From positions 1-64,000 of IMG/VR virus record IMGVR_UViG_3300047469_000197: a stretch of DNA of 64,000 bases; one strand, written 5' to 3'. This stretch comes from a virus. The notes under the pieces are model-generated. The model was not told the origin of the DNA. It worked only from the letters and a program-made list of their open reading frames with translations, and did no database searches. This document shows, in pieces, positions 10,032 to 19,462 of this stretch (within the stretch, counting starts at the first letter, position 1; each line of letters starts with the position of its first letter). A program made the position numbers and the translations under genes.

Positions 10032-10526
10032 TTACTCGATGAAGTTGTACACGATACGCAGGCTAGGGCGCACAAGTGCGGTAACGTCTTCGGTTGAGAG
10101 GTCCGTACCATCGACATAGATTTTGCAGTCGTAAAGGGTAACGGATAACGCATCCGGAGAGATTCCGCCCAGGGATTCAGGTGCTGCCTCAACGGTCACA
10201 TCGAAATATGACTTGTTGTTTACTGCATCACGAATGAACGACAGCATGTCGCCCTTGATGGTTTCCACACACTGGCATGGCATTTCGCCACTGTTGCGGA
10301 TCGGGCCGTGCTGGCTGTATTTCATGCCGTTAGGGCCGTAATCCTCCACATCCTCACGGGTGCGCTCAGGAAACTGCGCAGTACGGATGAGCGCAGACAG
10401 GCTTTCATAGCCCACAATGGAAAGTTTGAACTCCGAGCCGTTAAGCTTTTCACCCATTGATTTGTTCGCGGTGTACTGCGTTTTCAGGTATGCAGCGTTG
10501 CCTACCGCGTTACTATGTCCAGACAT
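10032..10526 (-). CDS. bplB: Tail tube/baseplate protein BplB
   Basis: TREDVEDYGPNG.K..QHGPIRNSGE and RPSLRIVYN motifs. Confidence 0.9.
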   Translation of the reverse strand: MSGHSNAVGNAAYLKTQYTANKSMGEKLNGSEFKLSIVGYESLSALIRTAQFPERTREDVEDYGPNGMKYSQHGPIRNSGEMPCQCVETIKGDMLSFIRDAVNNKSYFDVTVEAAPESLGGISPDALSVTLYDCKIYVDGTDLSTEDVTALVRPSLRIVYNFIE

Positions 10527-10539
10527 AGGATTCCCCTAA

Positions 10540-11118
10540 TCAGATAAATAGCCCGGTAATCTCCGAACGGTTTTGAACCGCCATGCCGGAGAGTTGCAGG
10601 GTAACTGTGTTACTGGCGAAATAGCCGTCACTGGTGCGGAGTACGTCAAGGCTGTACGACACGTCCTGAATAACCACGTCAGCCAGCAGGAAGCGGCGCC
10701 CGATGTTCACTGTGCAAACGTAGGGGCGGCGTCCGCCTGGTTCTGTGTCTTTCAGTTCGGGCGACACCATGGCGCACAAAGCACTGATAGCACCGTCTAC
10801 TTCAGTTTTGGCGTCATAAATGGCGATTAAGTCCAGCGGTAAGCTGATTGAGGGCGGTTGCGATCCCTGCCACACCATCAGTGAGTTCCACCGGGTCACG
10901 GACGTGGCAGCAGAAGCCGACTGCGCAATGTTGGCAAGAGATTCAACACCGGCAATGGAACCCGCATTATCACCCTCGAAAGGGCTCGTCCACATCGATG
11001 CAATCTGAAGGCTGGCACCCGGTGCGATATAGCCCACAACGGTGTAGTCCTCAGACGTGATGTAGGCCTTCAGATAAGGACTGACGCCATCAGGACTGAC
11101 TGCCCCAAAATATTCCAT
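10540..11118 (-). CDS. pmgG: Morphogenetic protein PmgG
   Basis: DGVSP.LK, RWNSLMVW and NIGRR motifs. Confidence 0.85.
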   Translation of the reverse strand: MEYFGAVSPDGVSPYLKAYITSEDYTVVGYIAPGASLQIASMWTSPFEGDNAGSIAGVESLANIAQSASAATSVTRWNSLMVWQGSQPPSISLPLDLIAIYDAKTEVDGAISALCAMVSPELKDTEPGGRRPYVCTVNIGRRFLLADVVIQDVSYSLDVLRTSDGYFASNTVTLQLSGMAVQNRSEITGLFI

Positions 11119-11164
11119 TTAGTCACCTTAAACAGCCACCAGCCGGAGCCGGTGGCTGGTCCCA

Positions 11165-11893
11165 TTACTTGCCCAGGCGCTTGGCGCGGATTTTCATGGA
11201 TTTACCGCGATGCAGCTTCGCCTGTGCCGTGTGTGACTTGCGCTGTGCCAGCTTCAGAGCCATGCGCTGTGCTGCTGTACGGCGGCGCTTTTTGAACGGC
11301 TTGCGGATAGACATCCACTTACCGCCACGCACGACTTTCACCAGCGCTTCGGTCATGGCGTCATCACCGGACAGGGCGAAGGCTGATACCAGAGAGGCGC
11401 GGTCGTCGGCGTCAATCTGTTTCAGCGCAGCCGCCAGCTCATTGGACGCATCATCATCCTCGTCATCGAACATGACGGACACGGTGTCTTCATCAGCGCC
11501 TGCAGCGACCATGAAGTTAGCCATGTTGCTCAACACGTCGTAGTACGCATCCAGCTCAGCCTCGGTAGGCTCATCGACATCATCATCAATGCCTGCCAGC
11601 GACTGGGCGAACCCGTCCAGTGCGTCGTAGCTGGTATCGTCACTGTCGGCCCAGTCAAGCACAGCCTGAGCTGCGTCAGACAGGCCGTCGCTCTTCACGC
11701 TGGCTGCAACGGCTTCAAGGATCATCTGATGAGCCTGTTCAAGAGACAGCTCCTGTTTAGGCTTCTTAACCTGTAACTCTGGCTCAGCTGATGCTTTCGC
11801 ACTTTCCAGCATTGCCGCATCTGGCTTAGCACCCATGCCGTATGCTGCGAGAGCATCGATATTCAGCGCGCCTGCCTGGAAAAACTTACTCAT
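11165..11893 (-). CDS. 21: gp21 homolog (acidic core, very basic C-terminus)
   Basis: EQAHQMILEA, LSDAA.AV..WADS.D and K/R-rich tail as in P1 gp21. Confidence 0.85.
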   Translation of the reverse strand: MSKFFQAGALNIDALAAYGMGAKPDAAMLESAKASAEPELQVKKPKQELSLEQAHQMILEAVAASVKSDGLSDAAQAVLDWADSDDTSYDALDGFAQSLAGIDDDVDEPTEAELDAYYDVLSNMANFMVAAGADEDTVSVMFDDEDDDASNELAAALKQIDADDRASLVSAFALSGDDAMTEALVKVVRGGKWMSIRKPFKKRRRTAAQRMALKLAQRKSHTAQAKLHRGKSMKIRAKRLGK

Positions 11894-11903
11894 GGTCTAC
11901 CCC

Positions 11904-13502
11904 TTACTTAATGACTGACGGAACACCCAGCAGGCGACGAGCCGAGCCGGTCGGGCACGCTGCCCATTCAACTTTCCAGTAATCGATCTCCACCTGAGTG
12001 ACTTTCAGCTGGTAAGCAGCTGTGCCGTCAGAATCGACTTCACGTGGCGTAACCAGCGCGCCGGACGCAACGAAGCGATCCAGAACCTTAGTCATTTCAC
12101 GGGTAAGTGATTTTTCGGTGATGTTGTCCGGCTGATGCTTGAGGGTCCGGCCCAGCTGGAAGAAGTAACGGCTGATGGTGTTGAACAGAGACGCCACGTG
12201 CTGGAAGCGCAGATAGTTCTCAGCGCTGTAGGTGGTCAGTGCGTCATCGATAATCATCTTACCGGTGGTGCTTACTGCCACTTTGTTCACGCGCGCGGTG
12301 TACATCGCGTCATAATCCGGCGTGCCGGAACCATCAATAGGCTTGATGTTGGCGCGATTGATCAGGCCGCGATCTTCACCTGCCGGGGAGTAGTGCCAGC
12401 CGCCGACGTCAGTGTTTTTCGCAATGCCTTTCGCTTTCGCGGCGTAAGCCGTACCGGACAGGCCCACAGCCACGCGACCAGTGGTCCACTTGTCTTTGTG
12501 GGTGAATGGGAAGTGATACAGACACACAGAGGTGTAATCAGTGCTCACAAGCCCGGAGTCAGTGGCGCCGGTCAGCGCTTCGGCGTAGGTCAGCGTTGGC
12601 TTAAGGTCAAAGAAGCCATCAATACGACGATCGGAACAGATATCAGCAAGCAGCGTCATTGACGCCGAGCTGTAACAGCCCAGACCGAGAACGGCGGTGT
12701 AGTTCACGTTGGCGTTAGACAGCGCGGTGATAGCCTTGCTGTACTGCGCATCAGTGATATTGCTCTGGTCGCCGTTGGTGCCGCCCACGAAACTTAGCGC
12801 GCTGGTAGCTTCGAACGTCAAAGCACTGGCGGCAGTTGCATCACAGACCGCAGCCAGATAGCCGGAGCGTGATTCAAGCGCGGTTTCGATGTAGTTGGCG
12901 CGCCCCATTGCGTCGACACCTTCAGTGTCGAGAGAAATGGAGATGGTTTCCAGCGTGCTGGTGGTGCCCAGGCTATCTGTCTGGGTCAGCTTCAGGTTGA
13001 AGCGGCCAGTTGCAGACGCATCAGCCGCGAAGGTGATTGCGCGCTTGGTAGACGGATCACCGTCATTCACGTATACCGCCAGGAACTGGCCTTCAGTCAG
13101 TTCAACACCGGCACCATACGTCAATGCAGTGGTGGAGTGGGAGATGGTGATTTTTCCGGCTGAATCCTTCTCGTAGGAGAAGATGATCACCGGGTATTTC
13201 GCATCATCCGCTACCACGCGAACAACGTAACCGTTGGTCTGCTGCACGGCCTCGTAAACGTGACGAATGGACTCAAACTGTGAACCTACGGACGGATGGA
13301 TAGCATCCCCCAGCACATCCAGATAGTTTGCTTTAGAGATTGGCAGCGCCGTAAACGGCTTGCCACGGGCAAAAGTGCCCACACCAGCCCAGATCGACTG
13401 CGCAAGGTTATCACCGGTGGAAAGCGTGCTATCGGCGTTGATAGCCGATACCGCCACCGCTGAAACGTTGGTCAGCGAAAAGGGAATACTGTATTGAGAC
13501 AT
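11904..13502 (-). CDS. 22: Tail sheath protein gp22
   Basis: About 530 aa starting MSQYSI with a GAGGA RBS; contractile sheath position next to the capsid gene. Confidence 0.9.
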   Translation of the reverse strand: MSQYSIPFSLTNVSAVAVSAINADSTLSTGDNLAQSIWAGVGTFARGKPFTALPISKANYLDVLGDAIHPSVGSQFESIRHVYEAVQQTNGYVVRVVADDAKYPVIIFSYEKDSAGKITISHSTTALTYGAGVELTEGQFLAVYVNDGDPSTKRAITFAADASATGRFNLKLTQTDSLGTTSTLETISISLDTEGVDAMGRANYIETALESRSGYLAAVCDATAASALTFEATSALSFVGGTNGDQSNITDAQYSKAITALSNANVNYTAVLGLGCYSSASMTLLADICSDRRIDGFFDLKPTLTYAEALTGATDSGLVSTDYTSVCLYHFPFTHKDKWTTGRVAVGLSGTAYAAKAKGIAKNTDVGGWHYSPAGEDRGLINRANIKPIDGSGTPDYDAMYTARVNKVAVSTTGKMIIDDALTTYSAENYLRFQHVASLFNTISRYFFQLGRTLKHQPDNITEKSLTREMTKVLDRFVASGALVTPREVDSDGTAAYQLKVTQVEIDYWKVEWAACPTGSARRLLGVPSVIK

Positions 13503-13564
13503 CAGTATGTTCCTCAATGAAGCGCCCCGGAGGGCGCTTAGTTACCGGTTAAAGACAGGGGGGG

Positions 13565-15274
13565 TTACGAAGTTGAACCGCTCTCGATCACCAGACCGGT
13601 GCGGAAGTTAATGCCGCCAGCTTTCAGATTGGTGAGGGTCAACAGCGTGAAGTAGTCGCGGCCATTACGTGGGTGGATGCGGTTGATTGCAGATCCCCAC
13701 AGAGTGGTGCGGTTAGTCAGTGCCGGAGTGGTTGGGTGAACGAACGGAACAGCCGGTACAGCATCACCGGTGATGAAGCCCGCTTTGCCCGGATTTTCGT
13801 CGCGGGTGTAGCAGAGCACGTCATAGGTGTTGAAGGTCACGCCTTTAGCGGTGAAGCCGTTACACACGCCAGTTGGCACTTCAAATACCTTGATGCCGTT
13901 GAAGAGGGTGCCCACAAAGTGCACGTATGCCACCTGCGCGTAGTTCTCAGCAGGGGTAAACATGTTGGTCGGCAGCGTCTTGAAGAACAGGGCAGCGTCG
14001 GAGCCGGCGAACATACCGCTTGAGCCGTTGCTCTGGGTGGTTTCGGCGATATCACGGAACACCTGTTGAATCTTCGACTTGAAGATCAGGCTCCAGATAT
14101 CCCAGTTCGTATCCTGCGGAATGGCTACATCGAAAGAGTCAGTTTTCACGCAACGGCGGATCATGATGCGCAGGCGCAGCATGTCTTGTTCGTGAGACAG
14201 GTAGTCTTTCAGCGTGCGGTACTGCAGCGAGTTGAGATCGATACCGAATTCACGCTGCGCATCGTATGCAGCCTGCACGCTATGCTCTGCTGCCAAGGCA
14301 TACTGTGAAGGGTACACAGTCCAGCGCTTCATCTCTTGGTTGATGGTAGGGATCAGGTTTGGTGCTGCTTCGATGTTGATCTCTACTTCAGCCTCAAGCG
14401 CTTCACCAGACGCAGGCGCAACGCCGAAGGTCATGGTGATCTGGCCTTTGGTGTAATCCACAGACGCGGTCAGTGAAACAGTCTCACCGGATGCGTTGGT
14501 GTAGGAGTGCAGCAGGGTGCCTTCGCCGTTATCTTCCGGGGTCATTTCGGTGCCAACGTACAGCACGGTGCGACCTTTACGGATCGGCACATCTACGCCT
14601 TCGAAGTCGGACATTTTGAAGGTGAAAATCTTGGTAACGCCATCGCCTTTCGCCTTCAGCACGTAGTTACGGCGCATTTGCGAGTACTGGCCTACAGACT
14701 GCATATCCAGCTTGTCACCTGCCGCGTAGTCACCGAAGGTGGTGCCTGCAACGTTGATGATTTCGTAGATTTTGGAATGGTCACGCGGTACCGGGATGAA
14801 GGTACATGCATCACCAGTCTGTGCGCCCAGGGCAACAGGCAGGATCATTGCGAGGAAGATAGACTGACGCATGATGCCGTCCTGACCAGACATCACTTCG
14901 CCGTTAACGCTTTCCAGCATGCTGGCGGTGGTCGTCTTCTGGCCGGAGCTTTTTGCGGACTCTACCATCAGGCAGTTTTCCAGCGTCTGGTGAGCCATCG
15001 CCAGGACTTCCGGGCGTGGTGCTTTTTTGTGGGTGTTTGCGTAGTCAGCGATTGCTGCACCCCATGCAGAGACGATCTGGCCGACAGCGTCAGCGTTCAC
15101 GTTCTCAAACAGTGGGTCTTTCATCGCAGCTTCAAGCATTGCTTCACGGCGAAGCGCTGGATTATGGATGTAACCCTTTTCGTTAAACTGCGCGTCATTA
15201 CAGATACGCGTGATGCTTTGAGAACGCTGCGAGATCTCTTTAACCCGCTGCGTGTATTCCTTGGTATCGCTCAT
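13565..15274 (-). CDS. 23: Major capsid protein gp23
   Basis: 569 aa; FLAMILPVALGA.TGDACTFIPV and AGFITGDAVPA.PF.HPT motifs. Confidence 0.9.
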   Translation of the reverse strand: MSDTKEYTQRVKEISQRSQSITRICNDAQFNEKGYIHNPALRREAMLEAAMKDPLFENVNADAVGQIVSAWGAAIADYANTHKKAPRPEVLAMAHQTLENCLMVESAKSSGQKTTTASMLESVNGEVMSGQDGIMRQSIFLAMILPVALGAQTGDACTFIPVPRDHSKIYEIINVAGTTFGDYAAGDKLDMQSVGQYSQMRRNYVLKAKGDGVTKIFTFKMSDFEGVDVPIRKGRTVLYVGTEMTPEDNGEGTLLHSYTNASGETVSLTASVDYTKGQITMTFGVAPASGEALEAEVEINIEAAPNLIPTINQEMKRWTVYPSQYALAAEHSVQAAYDAQREFGIDLNSLQYRTLKDYLSHEQDMLRLRIMIRRCVKTDSFDVAIPQDTNWDIWSLIFKSKIQQVFRDIAETTQSNGSSGMFAGSDAALFFKTLPTNMFTPAENYAQVAYVHFVGTLFNGIKVFEVPTGVCNGFTAKGVTFNTYDVLCYTRDENPGKAGFITGDAVPAVPFVHPTTPALTNRTTLWGSAINRIHPRNGRDYFTLLTLTNLKAGGINFRTGLVIESGSTS

Positions 15275-15310
15275 AGAAAAAAAGCCTCTTAGGTTTGCTA
15301 ATCGGCTCTG

Positions 15311-15329
15311 ATTCTAAGGAAAGTTACAT
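15311..15329 (-). promoter_or_regulatory. Putative late promoter for gene 23
   Basis: Minus strand ATGTAACTTT-N3-TAGAAT. Confidence 0.6.
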
Positions 15330-15344
15330 CTGGTGAAGGTTGAT

Positions 15345-15357
15345 AATTTAGTATCTT
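15345..15357. promoter_or_regulatory. C1 operator-like motif
   Basis: AATTTAGTATCTT, one copy of the recurring motif. Confidence 0.5.
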
Positions 15358-15367
15358 TGTTAAAAAG

Positions 15368-15392
15368 AAAAAGGCGCTCAAAGAGCGCCTTT
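15368..15392 (-). terminator. Terminator after the spanin genes
   Basis: AAAGGCGCTC-aaa-GAGCGCCTTT hairpin with a U tract. Confidence 0.75.
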
Positions 15393-15455
15393 AGGGTGAA
15401 CGTTACTTTAATAAAATCTTTATGCTTGTGAACTCAAGCTGGTCGGATAATACGA

Positions 15456-15824
15456 TTATTTAGTATCTTTTGCCAGGTTTTTTGAGGCGGCACCCAGTGT
15501 TGCGCCGTTGATGTTGTTCACGCTCATGTTATGGTCATTCACGGTCGCCAGTAACACCCGCGTGCGCTCCACATAATCCGGATAGTCCGCATACCGCTTT
15601 ACGTCGAAATCCGGCATTCTGCACATCCATGCGCTCACCTGTGCGGGCGCCGCCGTCACTTTAACCTGAATATCCGGCGTTGAATTTGCTGATGGCTTGC
15701 TGCTGCACGCTGATAACACCGTCAGGCACAGCATGAGCGGCGCAAGCGTCATCAGCTTGGAGCTTAGCCAGCTTAGCGCGCGCTGCCTCACTGTCGGTCT
15801 GGTATTGCCGTGCTTTGTCTTCAT
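15456..15824 (-). CDS. mlp: Outer-membrane lipoprotein spanin (o-spanin)
   Basis: Hydrophobic signal and lipobox LSA-C; overlaps the 3' end of the i-spanin gene; alternative start at 15752. Confidence 0.75.
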   Translation of the reverse strand: MKTKHGNTRPTVRQRALSWLSSKLMTLAPLMLCLTVLSACSSKPSANSTPDIQVKVTAAPAQVSAWMCRMPDFDVKRYADYPDYVERTRVLLATVNDHNMSVNNINGATLGAASKNLAKDTK

Positions 15825-16125
15825 TAGCTTTGTTCTCCTGGTTTAACTTCTCAGTGCGATGCGCGTATTCATCGCGCTCTGTTTCAGCGACGGCCTTATC
15901 GGTCTTTAGCTGCGTCTTCTCCTGCTCAAGGGTGGCTTTGTTAGCTGCGAGAGTGTTTATCTGCTGCGCTTGAGTGATATTGGTCGTGCGCAGGCCTTCT
16001 ATCCACTGCCAGCCCAGAAACAGCGCCAGTGCCAATGCGGCCACCAGCACCATCTCCACTTTCGTGCGTACAGATAACCCCGTGACTTTCGATACAGCGC
16101 CGGTGAGGGTGCCAAGCAGACTCAT
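15661..16125 (-). CDS. ppfA: Inner-membrane spanin (i-spanin)
   Basis: One N-terminal TM segment, coiled coil, and C-terminal DDACA..VPD motif typical of Rz-like proteins. Confidence 0.75.
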   Translation of the reverse strand: MSLLGTLTGAVSKVTGLSVRTKVEMVLVAALALALFLGWQWIEGLRTTNITQAQQINTLAANKATLEQEKTQLKTDKAVAETERDEYAHRTEKLNQENKANEDKARQYQTDSEAARAKLAKLQADDACAAHAVPDGVISVQQQAISKFNAGYSG

Positions 16126-16859
16126 GATGATCCCTTTTCGAGGATGGCCAGAACGGTTGCCGGGGTGATGGCGCTTACAGCAGAACCTACCGCTGTGCTG
16201 CTGATTGATGAGTTAATCAGGGCGACAGAAATAGCCTTGTTGAAAGCGTCCTCCGCTTCGGTAGCGCTGGCCTGCGCTGCCGTCCGGCGTGACTCCAGTG
16301 TGTTTATGGCGCTGGTTACGGTCGCCGTCATGGCATCGGCGGCGGTAACTGCCGTTTGCAGCGCGGTGATCTGCTCGTCCGTAAGTGCGATTGCACCGCT
16401 TAAAGAGGTGTTGATAGAAGCCATGGCCGCGACGATCGCGCTGGTTGAAAACGCCTGAAGTGCAGAAACCAGAGCGGCTGGTTCGGTGGCGTCACCAATG
16501 GCTGCGGAGATAACCAGCTCGCTGGCCACAAGGTTGTTTGCGCGGCAGTAGATATCCCAGCCGTTCGTCAGTTGGATAAGCACGGACGGATCCGCGTACT
16601 CGGTGATCATGGCCGCATAGGTGTTTGCATCTTCCGCGGCGTTCGCCAGGTCATCGCTGCAGCTGGCGATCTGGCTTGTGTAGCCGGTCACGGTGGCCGG
16701 GTAAACGACGGTCGAAAGCACAGTGCCGGTGAGCGTATCGCTCAGGCTTGCGGCGAGCGTGGCGGCTTCGTTGGCGCTGGTGGCACTGGCGGGTGTTGTC
16801 AGCCCACCAGCTGCAGCGAGCGCTTTATAGGCATTGAGTTGATAGGTGCTGGAAAGCAT
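16122..16859 (-). CDS. upfB: UpfB structural protein
   Basis: YQL.AYK.LAAAGG and GWD.YCRAN motifs of P1 UpfB. Confidence 0.85.
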   Translation of the reverse strand: MLSSTYQLNAYKALAAAGGLTTPASATSANEAATLAASLSDTLTGTVLSTVVYPATVTGYTSQIASCSDDLANAAEDANTYAAMITEYADPSVLIQLTNGWDIYCRANNLVASELVISAAIGDATEPAALVSALQAFSTSAIVAAMASINTSLSGAIALTDEQITALQTAVTAADAMTATVTSAINTLESRRTAAQASATEAEDAFNKAISVALINSSISSTAVGSAVSAITPATVLAILEKGSS

Positions 16860-16861
16860 TG

Positions 16862-17146
16862 TTAACCCACATCAAAAGAGGCATCACCGCTTGTTACGGT
16901 TGAGCCACAGGAAACAGGATCGCCCTCGCAAACAACCGCTTTGCCGCCGATGGTGAACCAGGGGCGGGTAGAAACGGCGTTGCCGGGGTGCGTTGATTTG
17001 CCATCTGTGTGCGCCGGATAAGCGTTGCCTTCCACCAGCGCACCAATGCCGTTAATCGTGAAGAAATCCACGCATTCGGCTGGTGGGCGCGAGGAAAAGC
17101 CGCCGTGCCCGGAACACACAGAGTTTTTCGTGCCTATGCCGGACAT
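16862..17146 (-). CDS. upfC: PAAR-type spike tip protein UpfC
   Basis: CSGHGGF..RP, a conserved His and GDPVSCGS, typical of phage PAAR proteins. Confidence 0.85.
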   Translation of the reverse strand: MSGIGTKNSVCSGHGGFSSRPPAECVDFFTINGIGALVEGNAYPAHTDGKSTHPGNAVSTRPWFTIGGKAVVCEGDPVSCGSTVTSGDASFDVG

Positions 17147-17967
17147 TTGCTCGGTTCCCAGCTGATTGGCATCTGGAAAATCTGTTGGTACGCCTCCGGG
17201 TAATCGCGATATTGGGCGCGCTTCATATTCACGAAGGCAGGGATAACGAGTGGTGACTGGTCGATCCGCGCACGCACGGTGGCGAACTCCGGATCGTGCT
17301 CAAACTGTTGCAGGGCGGTGTTGGTATCGCGACCGATGATAATCAGCTGTTGATGAGGCTGGATGGCTGATTGCAGCAGCAGTAAGAATTCAGGAGTGTA
17401 CTGATGGGCGTTGTCGACAATGATTGTGTGTTCATTGCAGATAATGTCCTGGATATGGTGCACGGGCAGATCGGAGAACGATGCCCAGTGAATACCCCAA
17501 TCGGTGTCTTCGTTTGCCCAGAAACCTGTTTCGGTATGGATACTGAAGAGGCTCCAAGCATCAATCATCAGCCATGAGTTGCTTTTTAACATACTCCGGC
17601 ACTGGCCGAGGGTGTTCCGCTGGGGAGAAATGATAAGCGCACGGTGGTTACGGCGGGCGACGGTACGGTGCAGAGCAAATATCGCCGCTGCGGTGCTTGC
17701 GCCGGTGCCTGGAGCATTCAGGATTAGCACGCGCGGGTTAGTCGCTGCAGCATTGAGCATATGCGCCTGAATTTTGCTGATCGCGAGCCCGCTGCACTTT
17801 CTGGCGAACTCAACTGGCGACTGAATCTCATCACGGAATTTGCTGAGCATCATCTCGCCCAGGTGGCGGGCGCGGTTTATACCAATGTCATCAGGGCTGT
17901 CGGGTGTGGCGCCGGGTAGCAGATTATGGTGAACACTTTCGTAGCATTCTTGCATAGGGGAATCCAT
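17134..17967 (-). CDS. Degenerate terminase large-subunit ATPase-domain paralog A
   Basis: Aligns by eye to the PacB N-terminal domain: Walker A GTGAS (K lost), Walker B IIVDNA (E to N), QSPLV..FV; no nuclease domain. Confidence 0.65.
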   Translation of the reverse strand: MDSPMQECYESVHHNLLPGATPDSPDDIGINRARHLGEMMLSKFRDEIQSPVEFARKCSGLAISKIQAHMLNAAATNPRVLILNAPGTGASTAAAIFALHRTVARRNHRALIISPQRNTLGQCRSMLKSNSWLMIDAWSLFSIHTETGFWANEDTDWGIHWASFSDLPVHHIQDIICNEHTIIVDNAHQYTPEFLLLLQSAIQPHQQLIIIGRDTNTALQQFEHDPEFATVRARIDQSPLVIPAFVNMKRAQYRDYPEAYQQIFQMPISWEPSKCPA

Positions 17968-18088
17968 AAATGGGGGCAGGCGTCCATTTTATGGAAAGTT
18001 GCATCTCCACCCGTTAAAAACAGCTGGCATAATGCAGATGCTAGGTGATACTTTGGACTATAGTTACATGTATTAGTTGAGGCCGTTA

Positions 18089-18442
18089 ATGGTTGACCAT
18101 TTAAGTGATCTTCAGAACATGGCACATGAAGTGCGTAAAGTAGGCGGGGTCAGTTCTGACTCGGCAAGATACATAGATTCACGCGTGCAAATGCGTGAGT
18201 TTCGTTCCCGATTAGGCGCTATAGAGAGCATGCCCGGACAGAAGATTAAAGAGCTTCGCGAGCGCCACCAGCTCACTCAGGCCATGCTGGCAGAGTTCAT
18301 GAACCTTTCGACCGTTACGATATCAAAATGGGAGAGAGACGAAAAGAATCCCAATGGCACTGCGTTGATGGTGCTGAATGCGTTAAACGAAAAAGGCATG
18401 CAGGTATTCTCATGGCGAAACAAAAGGGGGAGTGATGTCTAA
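18089..18442 (+). CDS. XRE/HigA-like HTH protein (orphan antitoxin-like)
   Basis: IKELRERHQLTQAMLAEFMNLSTVTISKWERDEKNPNG; GAGG RBS before ATG at 18089. Confidence 0.8.
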   Translation: MVDHLSDLQNMAHEVRKVGGVSSDSARYIDSRVQMREFRSRLGAIESMPGQKIKELRERHQLTQAMLAEFMNLSTVTISKWERDEKNPNGTALMVLNALNEKGMQVFSWRNKRGSDV

Positions 18443-18794
18443 CAAAAATGATCATGTCGAAACGATTCACATGAACACAATATTAGCCAAAGCAGCTCTT
18501 CGCGTTGCTGCCAAAAAGTTAGTTACGGGAACCACGCCCAATAAGGGTGCCGAAGCAGTTAGGCCCGCTGGGGTCACATCTGGCGCTGGTAAAATTATCA
18601 CCTCAGATGCCCCGCTAATTGACAATTCATACCTTGCATCTCAATTAGATGGAGCCGAACCCAAGGAAAAGTCGCGCGATAATGCGTTACTGCGCCTGGC
18701 AATACGGGCGGTGGAACGCGCGAAAAAGCGTGCTAAAACTGAGGCGGACGTAGCTACTTTGTTCAAAAATGCATATATGAAATCCAAAGAGTAA
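18435..18794 (+). CDS. Hypothetical protein
   Basis: Coupled to the HTH gene, GGGGGAG RBS, 119 aa, basic. Confidence 0.6.
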   Translation: MSNKNDHVETIHMNTILAKAALRVAAKKLVTGTTPNKGAEAVRPAGVTSGAGKIITSDAPLIDNSYLASQLDGAEPKEKSRDNALLRLAIRAVERAKKRAKTEADVATLFKNAYMKSKE

Positions 18795-18819
18795 CTAATT
18801 TCAGGGATGGGAGTTTCAC

Positions 18820-19434
18820 TTGGCTACATCTGATAAGTATGTGTTTACCGCTCTTGTAAACGATAAAAATCAGCCTCTGGAATTAATGGCATATGCTATT
18901 TACAAGGCCGATAAGAATGAGATTGCTGAAAGTTTAAAAGCTGCGCAAAAGACTCAGCCACAGATTGAGGCTGAAATTAAGGCGTTTCATGATTTAGTGC
19001 TTAATAGCACCAGCCTTTTGCAGAATTACCACGTGAGAGCGCGTGCACTCGGTCAGAACCTGATTGATGAGCTGAAAGCTGGGGTTGCATCAGACGCGCG
19101 TCAGGATTTCATTGACCGCATGGAGCAGTTGGTTAAGACGGAAAAAAGCTGGTTTCATTACGTTGGCGGATTCGTCATGGATGCCATCAAAGGGGTGCTA
19201 TCAACACTCTTCGTAATTGTGCTGTTTGGTGGGGTCTATTCTTTAACCCTCTCAAAAGACGACAGAGCGGCGTTATACAAAGCCACGGGTCAGTCATTAG
19301 TCGACGCTGCGACGGGTGAGCTGCCCGTTGTTGATAACTTCCGGAACGAAATGGCCAAGAAGAAAAAAGAGCAGCAGGAGAAATCTGACAGTCAACAACA
19401 TGATCAGCCTCCGGTCGCGCGGCCACAGAATTAA
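18820..19434 (+). CDS. Hypothetical single-TM membrane protein
   Basis: TTG start with GGAG RBS; LMAYAIYK motif; TM segment at about aa 125-145; followed by a terminator. Confidence 0.7.
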   Translation: MATSDKYVFTALVNDKNQPLELMAYAIYKADKNEIAESLKAAQKTQPQIEAEIKAFHDLVLNSTSLLQNYHVRARALGQNLIDELKAGVASDARQDFIDRMEQLVKTEKSWFHYVGGFVMDAIKGVLSTLFVIVLFGGVYSLTLSKDDRAALYKATGQSLVDAATGELPVVDNFRNEMAKKKKEQQEKSDSQQHDQPPVARPQN

Positions 19435-19437
19435 AAA

Positions 19438-19462
19438 CAGCCCCAGAATTGGGGCTTTTTTT
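19438..19462. terminator. Bidirectional terminator
   Basis: AGCCCC-agaatt-GGGGCT flanked by A and T tracts, between convergent genes. Confidence 0.8.

Noticed and set aside
227-15292. Many plus-strand ORFs in the structural region (for example 2450-3223, 5725-6357, 14507-15292)
   Set aside because: They are antisense shadows of well-supported minus-strand genes, with no motifs or RBS.
15398-15418. Plus-strand late-promoter-like GTTACTT...TAAAAT
   Set aside because: No plus-strand gene follows and the spacing differs from the two better sites. It could be a remnant or antisense promoter, but there is no support.
16862-17146. PAAR plus Tlde1 as a T6SS locus
   Set aside because: The PAAR gene is the phage upfC spike tip, about 31 kb from the Tlde1 gene, and no T6SS core genes are present.
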